From a virus (Duplodnaviria > Caudoviricetes), in IMG/VR virus record IMGVR_UViG_3300021963_003887, positions 15,170 through 79,169 of that record: DNA of 64,000 nucleotides; one strand, written 5' to 3'. Of the stretch, positions 29,601 through 38,978 are shown piece after piece. How positions within the stretch are numbered: position 1 is the stretch's first letter; every line of letters begins with the position of its first letter. The notes under the pieces are model-generated. The model searched no databases and was not told the DNA's origin. It saw nothing but the letters and a program-made list of their open reading frames with translations. The position numbers were made by a program, and so were the translations under genes.

Positions 29601-32600
29601 ATCATTGAAATAGCCGGCTTTGATGAGGAACCAGTTATTGATCAAAGTTCTTTTGCTACAATATCTATTTTTGAAACCTTACGTGTAGGTCAATACAGCG
29701 ACTTAATTTCTGACAGATTCGCAGCTTATAAAGAAGGAACCAGAGTTTGGTTAGATGACAATGGAGAAGGCAAGTGGGAAGTCTTAGAAAAGAAAAGAAT
29801 TTATAAACCTGTTGATGTAGCCAATTATGGTGTGGCATTCCCTACCGGTTCGGGAAAAGATGTTTTATTTTTAGAAGCAAGAAATCAAATTATTTCGTCA
29901 AATCCTGGTCAGGTAGTGCCTGCTGGAGAAGTGATTAGAGAATCAGCAGTGGTTGTCTACGGCCAGAGCGAGGAAGGATTAATTCCTTTACAGATATTAA
30001 ATCCTAATTCAAATTTAAGATCAATATTTTTAGGATCCTACGGAGAAGTATTAGCGACAAGTAAAGATGGACGATGGCTAATGGTAGGGTCTCCTACTGT
30101 TTCTTATATTCCCAGCAATTATAAAGAAGTCTTTAGTCCTAGTGCAACATACAATCCGGGCGACACTGTGTTATTTGCTGGTAAATTGTACCAAGCACAG
30201 ACTACAGTTGTAGGCGATGGGTCAACAATTAACATAGATAGTCAAGATTGGAAACCGGCCACAGAACATCTTGCTAACCCCTTAGGTATAGGATTGTATG
30301 ATGTTAATCAAGGATATAGACAGCAAGGTGCTTTAGAGATATTTGAGTACGATGAAATTTTTAGCCAATATCAATTAAGGCATACGATAATAAGCCCACG
30401 TCCAGCACACGGAGAAAAATTTTCGTCTACAATTAGTTTATCGAAAAGAGAAGGCATAGAAGGAACCAGCGGAGACGTAACCTTAACAGTGGCTTCTATA
30501 GACAGTGTTGGCGGAATTTTAGAAGTATCTGCCCAAGGAGAAAGCGGATTAGAAGACACTAGATTTTCAAACGTCAGCGGGTCAGATATCAGTTTGCCAG
30601 GTTCTAATGCTACATTTGATGTCCAGAAAACCAATAATACCTATAGTGTTTTAGTAAGAACTGGCGGATCTAGATATGCTATAGGTGACAGAATAAAAAT
30701 TACCGGTAGTAACTTATTAGGTCTTACTCCTTTTAATGATTTAATCATAACTGTAACAGCAGTCACGTCAACAGGGGAAATAGTTGGATCGGCAACCTAC
30801 AATAATATCAAAGGTATTAATTCAATATTGCCTGACGAAGAAGCTACTTTTAGAGTAACTAAATCTGGAAACAGGTACGCGGTTACTCGTACTAGTGCTG
30901 GTAGCGGATATAGCTCAAGAAGTATCGTAAGATACTCTGGCAGATTGTATGCTTGTATCAAAGATACTAGAATAGATCTAGGGGTGTGGAATCCTAGCCG
31001 AACATACCAACCCGGAGATGTAGTCAAATATCCAGCTAACTCTACAGCATATTATACAGCTACTGGACTAAACACTGGGATCGTTCCTACAGATGTTTCC
31101 AAATGGGAAAACACTTTACCAATATTCCCAACTAATCAAGAGTACTGGGAACAGGTGTCTGGTGCTGTGTTTGCCGAAACAGCAGTAGAATGGGCAGATT
31201 TAGATTTGACCGGAAATAAAATTAGATACACAGCGGGGTCTGTCATAGTTATTCCCGGTAGCGAACTCGGCGGCGAAGACGGTGAACATAACATTACCAT
31301 TCGAGTAAATTTAGTTACAACAAATTCTGCTATTGATAATTTTTCTTATAGAGGCACTGCTTCGTCGGGAATTATTTGGTCAGGAACTGCCACTGCCGGA
31401 GAAAGACAATTTAATGATCTACAAGGCGAAGATGTTAGCGATCCGGGCCAGGGGGCTATTTTTGATCTTGTAAGAGAGGATGGTAGATATAATGCTATAG
31501 TTAATGTAGCAGGAACAAGATATAATGTTGGAGACCAAATAAGAATTTTAGGCAGCACGTTAGGTGGTGTTGAAGAAGCTTATTATATGGTAGTAGGTGC
31601 TCCGGGATCTAAAGACGATATGGGTCGTGCCTACCTTTATAAATTTGACGGCGTAAGCTGGAAGCATCTTGACGATCCTAATTTTGTAGGAATATATTCG
31701 TCAACAAAAAATTATCCGTTAGGTTCTAAGGTATGGTATAATTCCGATTATTGGCAAGCATTGTCGAATATACCCGCTGTTCCTAATAACCAACCCGGCA
31801 CCGGCAATTGGGAAAAAATTGCTGAAGTTACTAACAGTATATTTCCTCCTTCGTTGGCCTACGCTGACGATGGATCCACTATACAACAACCAGCCACCGG
31901 CGACATAGAATTTTTGAATATTGGAAGTTCTTACGGAACGTTCTCAGCGTTCAATAAAGACGGTTCTGTAATGATAATATCAGCTCCAGCAAATGACACA
32001 GCCAGCTTTGAAAATTTTAAAGGTGTCTGGAGAAACAATATCAATTACCTAGCAGGTGATACTGTAAGACGTGGCACTTTTTATTATAACTGTCTAGCAG
32101 ATAATATTAATTCTATTCCAGAATTTTCTCCATCTATTTGGCAAGAAAATTCAGATTCTACATTAGGAAAAACTGGTTCGGTTTTTGTATACGAAAAAAC
32201 TTCTAATGAAACATTTATTCTTATTCAAACAATAGATAGCGACGAAGTTGAATTAGAAGCTGGTGATGAGTTTGGTCACAAAGTAGTATTAAATCAAGAA
32301 GGTACCCGATTATTTGTATCTGCTCCTAACTTTGATTATCTAGGCAAGGATCAAGGCAGTGTATTTGTTTTTGACAGAACCGCCTCTGGATTTGTTTTAA
32401 AACAAAAATTAAATGGCCTAATTATGGAACCTGGAGAACGATTTGGGTCTAACGTGTCTGTATCGCCAGACGGCGTAACTTTGGCTATTTCGGCAGAAGG
32501 AGCGGCAAGTTACAAGACCACTATATTTGACAGAGGCAATACTGCGTTTGATAGATTTGTAACTAGATTTAGAGACAGTCAAGGAAAAACCGGTAAAGTC

Positions 32601-35600
32601 TATGTGTATACAAATTACACTGGATCTTTTGTATTGTCAGAAATTTTAGATCAGGGATTAAACACTGATGAAGATTTCGGTAGAGGGCTGTCTGTTTCTA
32701 ATAATTCTATAATAGTAGGTAGTCCGTCGTTCATATCCGAAGATCCTGCGTTCGAAGCTGTTAGGATTGGTAGGCTTCAAAAATTTGATAAAATACCTAA
32801 TTCGAAGCCTTGGTTTACTATTAAACAACAAGATGATCAAGTAAACATTGATTTGCTTAAGAATTTTTCTTTCTACGACAAATTTAATAACGTAAAACTA
32901 GCAGATGTTGATATCTTAGATCCTGCTAAAGGAAAAATCTTATCTCTAGCCGACCAGTATATTGATTTTAAAACATCATTCGATCCAGCGGTATATTCTG
33001 TTGGAACTGAAGAATCCGCTATTGATCCTAAACAATCATGGCAGTTGGATAAAGTTGGCACAATTTGGTGGGATTTATCTGCGGTTAAGTGGGCGTTATA
33101 CGAACAAAACTCTTTATCTTTTAGAAACGGAAACTGGGGCTCTACAGCAGTCGGTAGTAGCGTAGATGTTTATGAATGGGTTGAAAGCCCTTACAGTCCT
33201 AGCGAGTGGAACGCTCTTACTGGAACCACCGAAGGATTTTCGTTAGGCGTAACCGGAACGGCCCGCTATGGCGATGATACAAATTACAGTGTCAAAACTA
33301 ATTTTGATACTATTACAGGATTGCCATCCGGATCAATGTATTACTATTGGGTAAAAAATAAAACTACTGTACCTGAAGATTCAGACAGGGGTCTTAGTGC
33401 TAGTCAAATAGCCAATTACATTTTAGCTCCTTCGTCTGCTGGGATACCTTATGCTTTATTAACATCTAAAAACACATTTAGCTTAGTAAATTTCAACAGT
33501 GTAATAGACGACGATGAATTTTTAGTTAATATACAATTTTATGATCAAGAAAAAGAAATCAATCTAATTCATAATGAGTATCAACTATTAGCTGAAGGTA
33601 CGATACAAGTACCTAATTTAGAATTAGAAAATAAATGGATCGACAGTTTGATAGGTGAGGATATCGCTGGACAAGCTGTTCCGGATAGAAAATTACCAGT
33701 AAAATTAAGATACGGCATTTCTTCTAGACCAAGACAGTCGATGTTTATAAACAGAAATAAAGCAGTTAATTTAATAATTGATTACGTTAACAATATCCTA
33801 AAGAAAAAACCATTTGCTGAGATAATAGACTATGGCAATCTTAATTTACAAGATGAAAAACCTGCTTTAACAAAAAATCTTTATGATCAAGTATTAGAAA
33901 CTGAAAAAGAATTAAGATTTATTGCTACTTCTAAAATTAAAACAGCAAAACTTAAAGCAAACATAGTAAATGGTCACATTAATACCGTGGACATTATTGA
34001 TGGCGGGTACGGATACAAAACGGCTCCCAATATAAAAATTGTTGGCTCAGGGTCAGGTGCAAAATTTAAACCAATCCTAGATAATAGAGGATCTATAACT
34101 TCTGTAGAAGTAATAAATCAAGGAAAAAAATATCTAACTGCTAGCTTAATAGTCAGACCATTTTCTGTTCTCGTTTTACAAGATTCTAGTGTAAACAATT
34201 TTTGGAGCATTTATTCTCTAGATGAAAAAAATAAAGAATTTTATAGAACAGCTACGCAATCTTTTGATACTAAAAACTTTTGGAAAAAGGTTGATTGGTG
34301 GCTAGAACCGTTTAATGAAAAATCTAAAATTAAAAAAACCATTGCCGGTCTTTATGAAGAAGCTAGTGTAGATCTAGCAATTGGTGATTTATTAAGATTA
34401 GAAAATTATGGAATTGGTGGTTGGGCCGTTCTTGAAAGGGTTGATGCTACTGATGCTGATATAAGCGGAAAATATAAATTAGTGGGAAGAAAACTAGGAA
34501 CTATTCAAATTATTAACGGTTTTTATAACACTGATTCTGAGTCTACCGGTTACGATTTAACACAGGCATTTGATAGTAACAAATATGATAGTTCAGCATC
34601 TACAGAATTTAGAAACATTTTAAACGCTGTAAAAGAAGATATTTTCAAAGAAGATTTATCTGTAGAGTGGAATAAACTTTTCTTTGTAAGTTTACGATAT
34701 GTATTTTCAGAACAACTATATGTTGACTGGGCATTTAAAACTAGTTTCTTAAATGCTGTACATAACGTCGGTACTCTCGAACAAAAATTAAATTATAAAA
34801 ATGATAATCTTTCTAGTTACCAATCTTATATTGAAGAAGTAAAACCATACAGGACTAAGATTAGAAATTTTATCAGCAAATATTTTAATCTAGAAACAGC
34901 TAACCAGTTAACTACTGATTTTGATTTACCGCCTGTATGGAACTCAGAAACTTCTTCAGTGGATATTATTGGTAGCAATTCTAACCAACTATCTCAATAC
35001 CCATGGAAGCTTTGGGTTGAAAATAACCATTATTCTGTTATAGATATTAAGATAGTAAGTCCAGGAAAAAATTATTCTTCTGTGCCTCAAATTGTATTTG
35101 ATGGTGGAAACGGAACAGGTGCTCAAGCTCAGGCATATATTTCAAACGGCAAAATTTCTAAAATTGTAGTTACTAATCCAGGTAGTGGTTATGTTTCTGC
35201 TCCTACCGTTATGATTGTAGGCGGCGTAGGCAGTGAAATACAAAATGCTGCTCGTGCTGTAGCTATTATTGGAGATTCAAAAGTTAGAACTTTTGATATG
35301 AAGATGAAGTTTGATAGAATTTCTAAAACTCCTAATTTTAAATCTTACAGTTTCAATGAAAAGTTTATAGAAATAGAAACGTTTAACGCTTCGGCAAAAC
35401 AAACAACTTATAAATTAAAATATCCTTTATCCTTAGATAAATCTACAATCACAGTAACGTTAGACGGATCTAGATTATTGTCTAGTCAATATTCTGTAAC
35501 ACTAACTGAAGAATTAATTAATTCTAAAACAGAACTCATTGGAAGATTAATTCTTAATTCTGCTCCTGACGAGGGAAGTGTGGTTGATATTGAATATCAG

Positions 35601-38303
35601 AAAAACAATGAAATACTTGATAGTCTAAACAGAATAGACAAATACTATAAACCTAAAGACGGACAGTTAGGTGTAGAAAAAACTAGAATTGATGATATTG
35701 AAGGCAGTGAAGTAGTTTCTGATTACTCTCAGTTAATTACAGGTATCGATTACGGCGGCACTATTGTTCAGGGAGCTACTTTTGACATTGGTGCGGGCTG
35801 GGATGCTCTACCTTGGTTTACTGAAGGATGGGATAGTTCTGAAGTTAACGAAACTGATTTCTACTTCCTAGTTGACGGAAGCACTACTTCGGTGTTATTG
35901 CCCGAGGTTCCTAAGCAGGGCACAGACATTAACATTTACGTTAAGAGAGCATCTACAGGAAAAACAGTAAGATTAGATTTTGAAACTTATAATGAATATC
36001 AGTTAGGTGATAGTTCTTACACTGGCGAAGTTCCGCCCGACACAGCAATAATGAATACATTCGTTGGCGACGGGTCTACAGCATCAATAATAATTCCTCA
36101 AACGGCAAATTTAGAATCTGGCGATTTATTGATTTTCCGCCCATCCACTAGCGATGGCAGTTTAGTTATTGGCGGACGTAACAGCATAGACGCTTATATA
36201 TCAGGCGGCTCTTTATCGGGAATGTCGGCGTATTCAACTGCCACAGGAACTACTGCTGCTGAGATAGTACTTGACGGAGATAGACTTATCAGTCCCGAGC
36301 AAGTTCCTGCTCCTGAGGAAAATGTTCCTGGTCAGGTCTTAGAAGCATTAAGTATCAAAGTGTTTCATTCTTCAAGAAGCGGATCTTCGGCTGTTCAGTC
36401 TAAAATTTATATAGCTGACGGAAATACCATTATTTTTGACATAGGACAAAAAATAATTGAAAAAACAAATATACTTGTATTTGTAGATAAGTTTAAAAAG
36501 GATATCGATACAGAGTTTGTTATATTGTCAGAAACTAATTCTATTAGATTTATTGGAACAACGCCAACTGCCGGAGCAGTGATTGAAATTTTCACTATGG
36601 GCACAGGCGGCAAAGGAATACTAGATTACAGAGAATTTACCGGCACAGGCAACGATAGATATTTTATTACGGGAGCATCATTTAACGAAACAGTTACAGT
36701 ATTTGCTAGCGTGGATACTCAGCCAGTTGATGTCGGGTTTATTAACAGTGCACAACTTACCGATACTCAAGATAAAACTCTTGTGGAATTTGGAGTGGCA
36801 CCCACTGAAGGTTCTAGAATAGTATTGATAGCCTTAAACACAGACCAACGTCCGTTAGTCAAAATTAATCAAGTTGAAATACCTCTTGACGAAGCGATTA
36901 AAGAATATGCTATACCTACTTTTAGCGGATTAGATATTGATCCAGCTGGAGACATGTTGGTAGAAATTAATGGTGAATTATTACGAACTGTTGAAACAAC
37001 CTATAAGATCTATGACGGAAACAATAATATACAAATAGGTGTTGATACTCCAAGAGATCCAGGAACAGTTATTTTTACTGACTTAAAAGTATTCGTTGAT
37101 AATCAACTAAAAACATTCGGTATTGATTTTACATTTACATCTGAAAACAACACAGTTACTTTTATTAAACCAGTAACGTTAGGAGCTGTGATACGTATAG
37201 AAGATTCGTCTGGTAGACAGTATTCTATAGCAGATACTAATATTGTTTTAGAGCAGTTTACAGAATATTCAACCGGCGATACCTTATCTATAACTTGGTT
37301 TGAAAGATATACAGAATTAGATATAGTCAAAGACGAATTCGTTGGAGGAAAAGTTAGCTTTTCTTTACAAAGACCCCTAATAGGAATTTCATATGTATGG
37401 GTATACAAGAATGGTATTCGACTAACGCCTGACATTGATTTTTATGTAGAATTACCAAGGGCTATATATCTAAGACAGCAAACAACAGAATCTGATATAA
37501 TTGAAACTATTAGTTTTGGAGATCGATTATATAAGCAGCCGTTATCTTTTGAAATATTCAAAGATGTGTTGAATAGAAATCATTACAACAGATACAGTGT
37601 TCTTGATCTAAAACTTGATAAAGACTTTAACTATTTTGATAATGAAATTACTCTTGTGGATGCTAGTCCTTTAGCACTTCCATCAAAAGATCAGCCAGGT
37701 ATAATAACTATACAGGGAGAAAAGATTCAGTACTACGAAAAAATAGGAAATGTGCTAAAAAATATTAGAAGAGGACTTTTTGGAACGGCTATCAGAGCAG
37801 TCTACCCAAAAAATACTCCTGTAGTTGATACTGGTTTCTTAGAGTTTATTCCGTATCAAGAATTACAAGAAAAAGAAGATTTTATTTCAGACGGTACATC
37901 CTTATTAGTAGGGCCTTTAAATTTCCTACCAAGAAAAGCCGATATCAGTAACTGGTACAGAAATACTATTCCTACAAACTTTGGAAGATGTGATGAGATT
38001 GAAGTTTTTGTAGGAGGAAGAAGACTTCGCAAAGATGCTACTAAAATTTATGATTCTACAGTAGGTGCTTATAGCCCTGCGGGAGATATTGATATAGAAG
38101 CAGAATTTTCCGTAGACGGGATTAATGAAAATATAAGATTGACATACCCAGTTCCAGCAGGAACACGTATCACAGTTATCCGTAGACAAGGTAGATTGTG
38201 GTATGATAGGGGAGCATCAACTGCTACAACCGGCCAAGGACTCAGCTATAGTAACACCGCTATCGCTAAGTTCTTACAAAATAGCAGTACAAAATTACCA
38301 TAA
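23631..38303 (+). CDS. giant (4890 aa) baseplate/virion structural protein, gp7-like position, with carbohydrate-binding and beta-propeller repeats
   Basis: uninterrupted ORF translationally coupled to gp6; about seven W/Y-x4-Y-x2-G-x2-V-x-Y CBM5/12-like repeats; FG-GAP-like blades (FG..V......L.VSAP); GSGY...P repeats; IEEVKPYRTKIR motif. Confidence 0.8.
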   Translation: MSNKIFKKSELPVRRTVDLLPDAFKTSTNDKFLSTTLDALVQPGTLERLSGFVGRRYGKTFNSQDIYVDVEKSLRSSYQLEPAVVIESGQKVKKVYDYVDLKNQLKFFNNLSERDDLATYQEQYSWNPPIDWDKFINYREYYWLPVGPETVSVAGQAENVISSYRVRSDGQNEWLFYPDGLKRNPQLTLYRGQTYIFDVNSPGDPFVIRSGNLKGNQENYNKGVTNNGIEVGTITFEVPLDAPELLYYQSENNINRIGSFVIASVLENSFIDVEKEILGKVNYTSSNNIKFTNGLKVQFVGKVQPAIYNDSLWLVEGVGESIKLVNFAELEIPPIISNEIEITFDDGGFDTLPFDDASSYPTQKDYITINRSSKDKNPWTRYNRWFHRDVIEYAANINGVPPSLTETGRAKRPIIEFLPNIQLFNHGSTPKKTVDLVDDFTKDVFSTIEGSAGYNIDGQSVEDGDRILFLNDADPFVKNKIFEVKIITVQTSTNTINRTQISLVETNDTDPIIGEAIIISKGSVPNKGRMYHYDGEQWVRSQTKNSINQFPLFDLFDDEGVSFSDNQKYETSTFAGSELISYKIGKGPVDKELGFSLSYLNINNSGDILFEVDFEKDSFLYQQSGQTINKLSASGFFKNHQTEEFFNGWIKTNPNLRQPILETFVIESDTSSLTSSACIWSNNATEHILFYINGKKINASFTSTVVANTRTFVFNQTLKAGETVTLKIFTTDEPNLGYYEIPNSLEKNPLNENLEQFTLGQANDHLKTMIEVDTGFQGEFPGASNIRDIVNYRQNGSRFMKRASLGVLAFPLLCDKDINLIKSIRHAANEYEKFKNNFITLASELDFDQRSIVEFVDKILDKMSKSNVIDFPFATSDMIGSGAYKVINYTVEDEGITTFALNEKFDLDTNSSRAVYVYVNDIQLLHGFDYVFDSTFGFVKLLVNLNENDRIEIREYLTTAYNFIPETPTKLGLYKKFTPRIYLDDTLVEPTEVIQGHDGSITIAFGDLRDDIILELEKRIYNNLKIKYDTEIFDVDRFFKGYHGQAIYDVSTIDDVIETDFLKWSNNLGIDIYKNEVYQSENPFTYTYFRATDRNKKLKLPQYWRGIYKFLYDTDRPHTCPWEMLGFSEKPLWWEEEYGPAPYTKGNLLLWEDLEQGIIRQGPTTGANPRYAKPGLLDYIPVDDHGNLLSPQDASAIIDYSLNKINEDFQFGDYGPVENSWRRSSLYPFSIITAACLLTPFEFISTNFNRNKIVKNKLDQLIDKDTGTFIDKQTLTSSVDSDPSGLFTYIQNYLKFNAIDISLLSNTISNLDVRISHKIGGFVEKARQRYILDSKSPTSKSPAVFIPPEDFQIIFNTGSVAKSISYSGLVIEKVDGGFKLFGYDKLNSYFSVYEPYTRVDDPIISVGGISEKYVDWDAEKFYGKGSLVRYQGLYYRCTANHVSANSFQNENFTVLPALPIVNDVTAIKRTTFNKFLVKRIPYNAFFSTIQQVVDVILGYSEWLIDQGIVFDDFNKELLVPNDWMLSVQEFMFWTSHNWAVGALITLSPAATLLKIVNAGSVADNILDNFYEYNIFKNDGTKIPASDIQVYRGYNEFILTPLDTQATGIYFAKINFVQKEHVAIFNDRTMFGDVIFDKGPGYRQDRMKLVGFRTTDWDGDYTSPGFIYDSADITPWQAFTDYKLGDIVQYREYYYVSKVSQSGSNDFNFNDWERLDSIPTPSLVANIDYKINQIEDYYELGYQGIDDTEKELARHSIGYQKRGYLDELAQDEVTQFRIYQGFIREKGTKNSITKIFDKLSSLDQDAIEMNEEWAFLMGTFGGSSQFKELELLLNQKDIRLNPQPVIIDSRGLSKSNYQNYILIGSNDFTIGGPEYIFPTKSYPVTESSAGYVYSGDVDFVVKTRTNLYALDITELKDGSKVWVTFDSPGWSVLRYTITDIIIGAVAVVDTTSVTLECNKPHGLKVDDIIGINNIKYLEGFWRVKAVDPNTIIIEIAGFDEEPVIDQSSFATISIFETLRVGQYSDLISDRFAAYKEGTRVWLDDNGEGKWEVLEKKRIYKPVDVANYGVAFPTGSGKDVLFLEARNQIISSNPGQVVPAGEVIRESAVVVYGQSEEGLIPLQILNPNSNLRSIFLGSYGEVLATSKDGRWLMVGSPTVSYIPSNYKEVFSPSATYNPGDTVLFAGKLYQAQTTVVGDGSTINIDSQDWKPATEHLANPLGIGLYDVNQGYRQQGALEIFEYDEIFSQYQLRHTIISPRPAHGEKFSSTISLSKREGIEGTSGDVTLTVASIDSVGGILEVSAQGESGLEDTRFSNVSGSDISLPGSNATFDVQKTNNTYSVLVRTGGSRYAIGDRIKITGSNLLGLTPFNDLIITVTAVTSTGEIVGSATYNNIKGINSILPDEEATFRVTKSGNRYAVTRTSAGSGYSSRSIVRYSGRLYACIKDTRIDLGVWNPSRTYQPGDVVKYPANSTAYYTATGLNTGIVPTDVSKWENTLPIFPTNQEYWEQVSGAVFAETAVEWADLDLTGNKIRYTAGSVIVIPGSELGGEDGEHNITIRVNLVTTNSAIDNFSYRGTASSGIIWSGTATAGERQFNDLQGEDVSDPGQGAIFDLVREDGRYNAIVNVAGTRYNVGDQIRILGSTLGGVEEAYYMVVGAPGSKDDMGRAYLYKFDGVSWKHLDDPNFVGIYSSTKNYPLGSKVWYNSDYWQALSNIPAVPNNQPGTGNWEKIAEVTNSIFPPSLAYADDGSTIQQPATGDIEFLNIGSSYGTFSAFNKDGSVMIISAPANDTASFENFKGVWRNNINYLAGDTVRRGTFYYNCLADNINSIPEFSPSIWQENSDSTLGKTGSVFVYEKTSNETFILIQTIDSDEVELEAGDEFGHKVVLNQEGTRLFVSAPNFDYLGKDQGSVFVFDRTASGFVLKQKLNGLIMEPGERFGSNVSVSPDGVTLAISAEGAASYKTTIFDRGNTAFDRFVTRFRDSQGKTGKVYVYTNYTGSFVLSEILDQGLNTDEDFGRGLSVSNNSIIVGSPSFISEDPAFEAVRIGRLQKFDKIPNSKPWFTIKQQDDQVNIDLLKNFSFYDKFNNVKLADVDILDPAKGKILSLADQYIDFKTSFDPAVYSVGTEESAIDPKQSWQLDKVGTIWWDLSAVKWALYEQNSLSFRNGNWGSTAVGSSVDVYEWVESPYSPSEWNALTGTTEGFSLGVTGTARYGDDTNYSVKTNFDTITGLPSGSMYYYWVKNKTTVPEDSDRGLSASQIANYILAPSSAGIPYALLTSKNTFSLVNFNSVIDDDEFLVNIQFYDQEKEINLIHNEYQLLAEGTIQVPNLELENKWIDSLIGEDIAGQAVPDRKLPVKLRYGISSRPRQSMFINRNKAVNLIIDYVNNILKKKPFAEIIDYGNLNLQDEKPALTKNLYDQVLETEKELRFIATSKIKTAKLKANIVNGHINTVDIIDGGYGYKTAPNIKIVGSGSGAKFKPILDNRGSITSVEVINQGKKYLTASLIVRPFSVLVLQDSSVNNFWSIYSLDEKNKEFYRTATQSFDTKNFWKKVDWWLEPFNEKSKIKKTIAGLYEEASVDLAIGDLLRLENYGIGGWAVLERVDATDADISGKYKLVGRKLGTIQIINGFYNTDSESTGYDLTQAFDSNKYDSSASTEFRNILNAVKEDIFKEDLSVEWNKLFFVSLRYVFSEQLYVDWAFKTSFLNAVHNVGTLEQKLNYKNDNLSSYQSYIEEVKPYRTKIRNFISKYFNLETANQLTTDFDLPPVWNSETSSVDIIGSNSNQLSQYPWKLWVENNHYSVIDIKIVSPGKNYSSVPQIVFDGGNGTGAQAQAYISNGKISKIVVTNPGSGYVSAPTVMIVGGVGSEIQNAARAVAIIGDSKVRTFDMKMKFDRISKTPNFKSYSFNEKFIEIETFNASAKQTTYKLKYPLSLDKSTITVTLDGSRLLSSQYSVTLTEELINSKTELIGRLILNSAPDEGSVVDIEYQKNNEILDSLNRIDKYYKPKDGQLGVEKTRIDDIEGSEVVSDYSQLITGIDYGGTIVQGATFDIGAGWDALPWFTEGWDSSEVNETDFYFLVDGSTTSVLLPEVPKQGTDINIYVKRASTGKTVRLDFETYNEYQLGDSSYTGEVPPDTAIMNTFVGDGSTASIIIPQTANLESGDLLIFRPSTSDGSLVIGGRNSIDAYISGGSLSGMSAYSTATGTTAAEIVLDGDRLISPEQVPAPEENVPGQVLEALSIKVFHSSRSGSSAVQSKIYIADGNTIIFDIGQKIIEKTNILVFVDKFKKDIDTEFVILSETNSIRFIGTTPTAGAVIEIFTMGTGGKGILDYREFTGTGNDRYFITGASFNETVTVFASVDTQPVDVGFINSAQLTDTQDKTLVEFGVAPTEGSRIVLIALNTDQRPLVKINQVEIPLDEAIKEYAIPTFSGLDIDPAGDMLVEINGELLRTVETTYKIYDGNNNIQIGVDTPRDPGTVIFTDLKVFVDNQLKTFGIDFTFTSENNTVTFIKPVTLGAVIRIEDSSGRQYSIADTNIVLEQFTEYSTGDTLSITWFERYTELDIVKDEFVGGKVSFSLQRPLIGISYVWVYKNGIRLTPDIDFYVELPRAIYLRQQTTESDIIETISFGDRLYKQPLSFEIFKDVLNRNHYNRYSVLDLKLDKDFNYFDNEITLVDASPLALPSKDQPGIITIQGEKIQYYEKIGNVLKNIRRGLFGTAIRAVYPKNTPVVDTGFLEFIPYQELQEKEDFISDGTSLLVGPLNFLPRKADISNWYRNTIPTNFGRCDEIEVFVGGRRLRKDATKIYDSTVGAYSPAGDIDIEAEFSVDGINENIRLTYPVPAGTRITVIRRQGRLWYDRGASTATTGQGLSYSNTAIAKFLQNSSTKLP

Positions 38304-38309
38304 TAAATA
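38302..38309 (+). promoter_or_regulatory. late promoter-like AATAAATA
   Basis: overlaps the stop codon of the giant gene, 6 nt before ATG 38316. Confidence 0.55.
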
Positions 38310-38315
38310 CATGAT

Positions 38316-38978
38316 ATGAATAAAGACGAGTCAAACACTATGCTAGAACAACCAACACAACAGCAGCCTTACGATAAAAAACCAGACGAAACCGGCGGTT
38401 TTCACGTAGAAGGGCATATAAAGATTTTTGATCCGGAAAACGGAGAGATTTTCATTGATAAACGAAACGCTATTCACTATGAAAATATGAGTGTTGCTAT
38501 GGCACAATCATTGTCCAACCAGTTACAGGGGTGGATATCAGAAATGGTATTCGGCAACGGGGGAACTGTAGTAGATCCTACTGGGCTAATTACCTATCTA
38601 ACTCCAAACACTAATGGTACTAATTCAAGTCTTTATTCTCAAACATACAGCAAAGTAGTAGATCAAAACTCTGCCACAAACAACGATCCTGTTAGAAATA
38701 AAATGGAAATTCGCCATGTAACTGGTGCTACCTACACAGACATTGTTGTATCTTGTCTACTAGATTACGGTGAGCCAGAAAATCAAGAAGCATTTGACAA
38801 TTCTGTAGACATGGCAGGCGATTTTGTTTTTGATGAGTTAGGTTTAAAAGCTGCCGGAACAGGCAAATTACTAACACATGTTATATTCCATCCTGTACAA
38901 AAATCTTTAAACCGATTAATACAGATCGATTATACCATTAGAATACAGAGCCTAACTGGCTTCACTGAGGTACAATAA
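38316..38978 (+). CDS. virion structural protein (baseplate/fibre attachment)
   Basis: FDELGL, LLTHVIFHPVQKS.NR.IQI.YT motif; position between baseplate and fibre genes. Confidence 0.6.
   Translation: MNKDESNTMLEQPTQQQPYDKKPDETGGFHVEGHIKIFDPENGEIFIDKRNAIHYENMSVAMAQSLSNQLQGWISEMVFGNGGTVVDPTGLITYLTPNTNGTNSSLYSQTYSKVVDQNSATNNDPVRNKMEIRHVTGATYTDIVVSCLLDYGEPENQEAFDNSVDMAGDFVFDELGLKAAGTGKLLTHVIFHPVQKSLNRLIQIDYTIRIQSLTGFTEVQ

Noticed and set aside
23631-38303. Intein explaining the giant ORF size
   Set aside because: No C/S...HN-C/S/T splice motifs or LAGLIDADG blocks recognised; the size is explained by repeats
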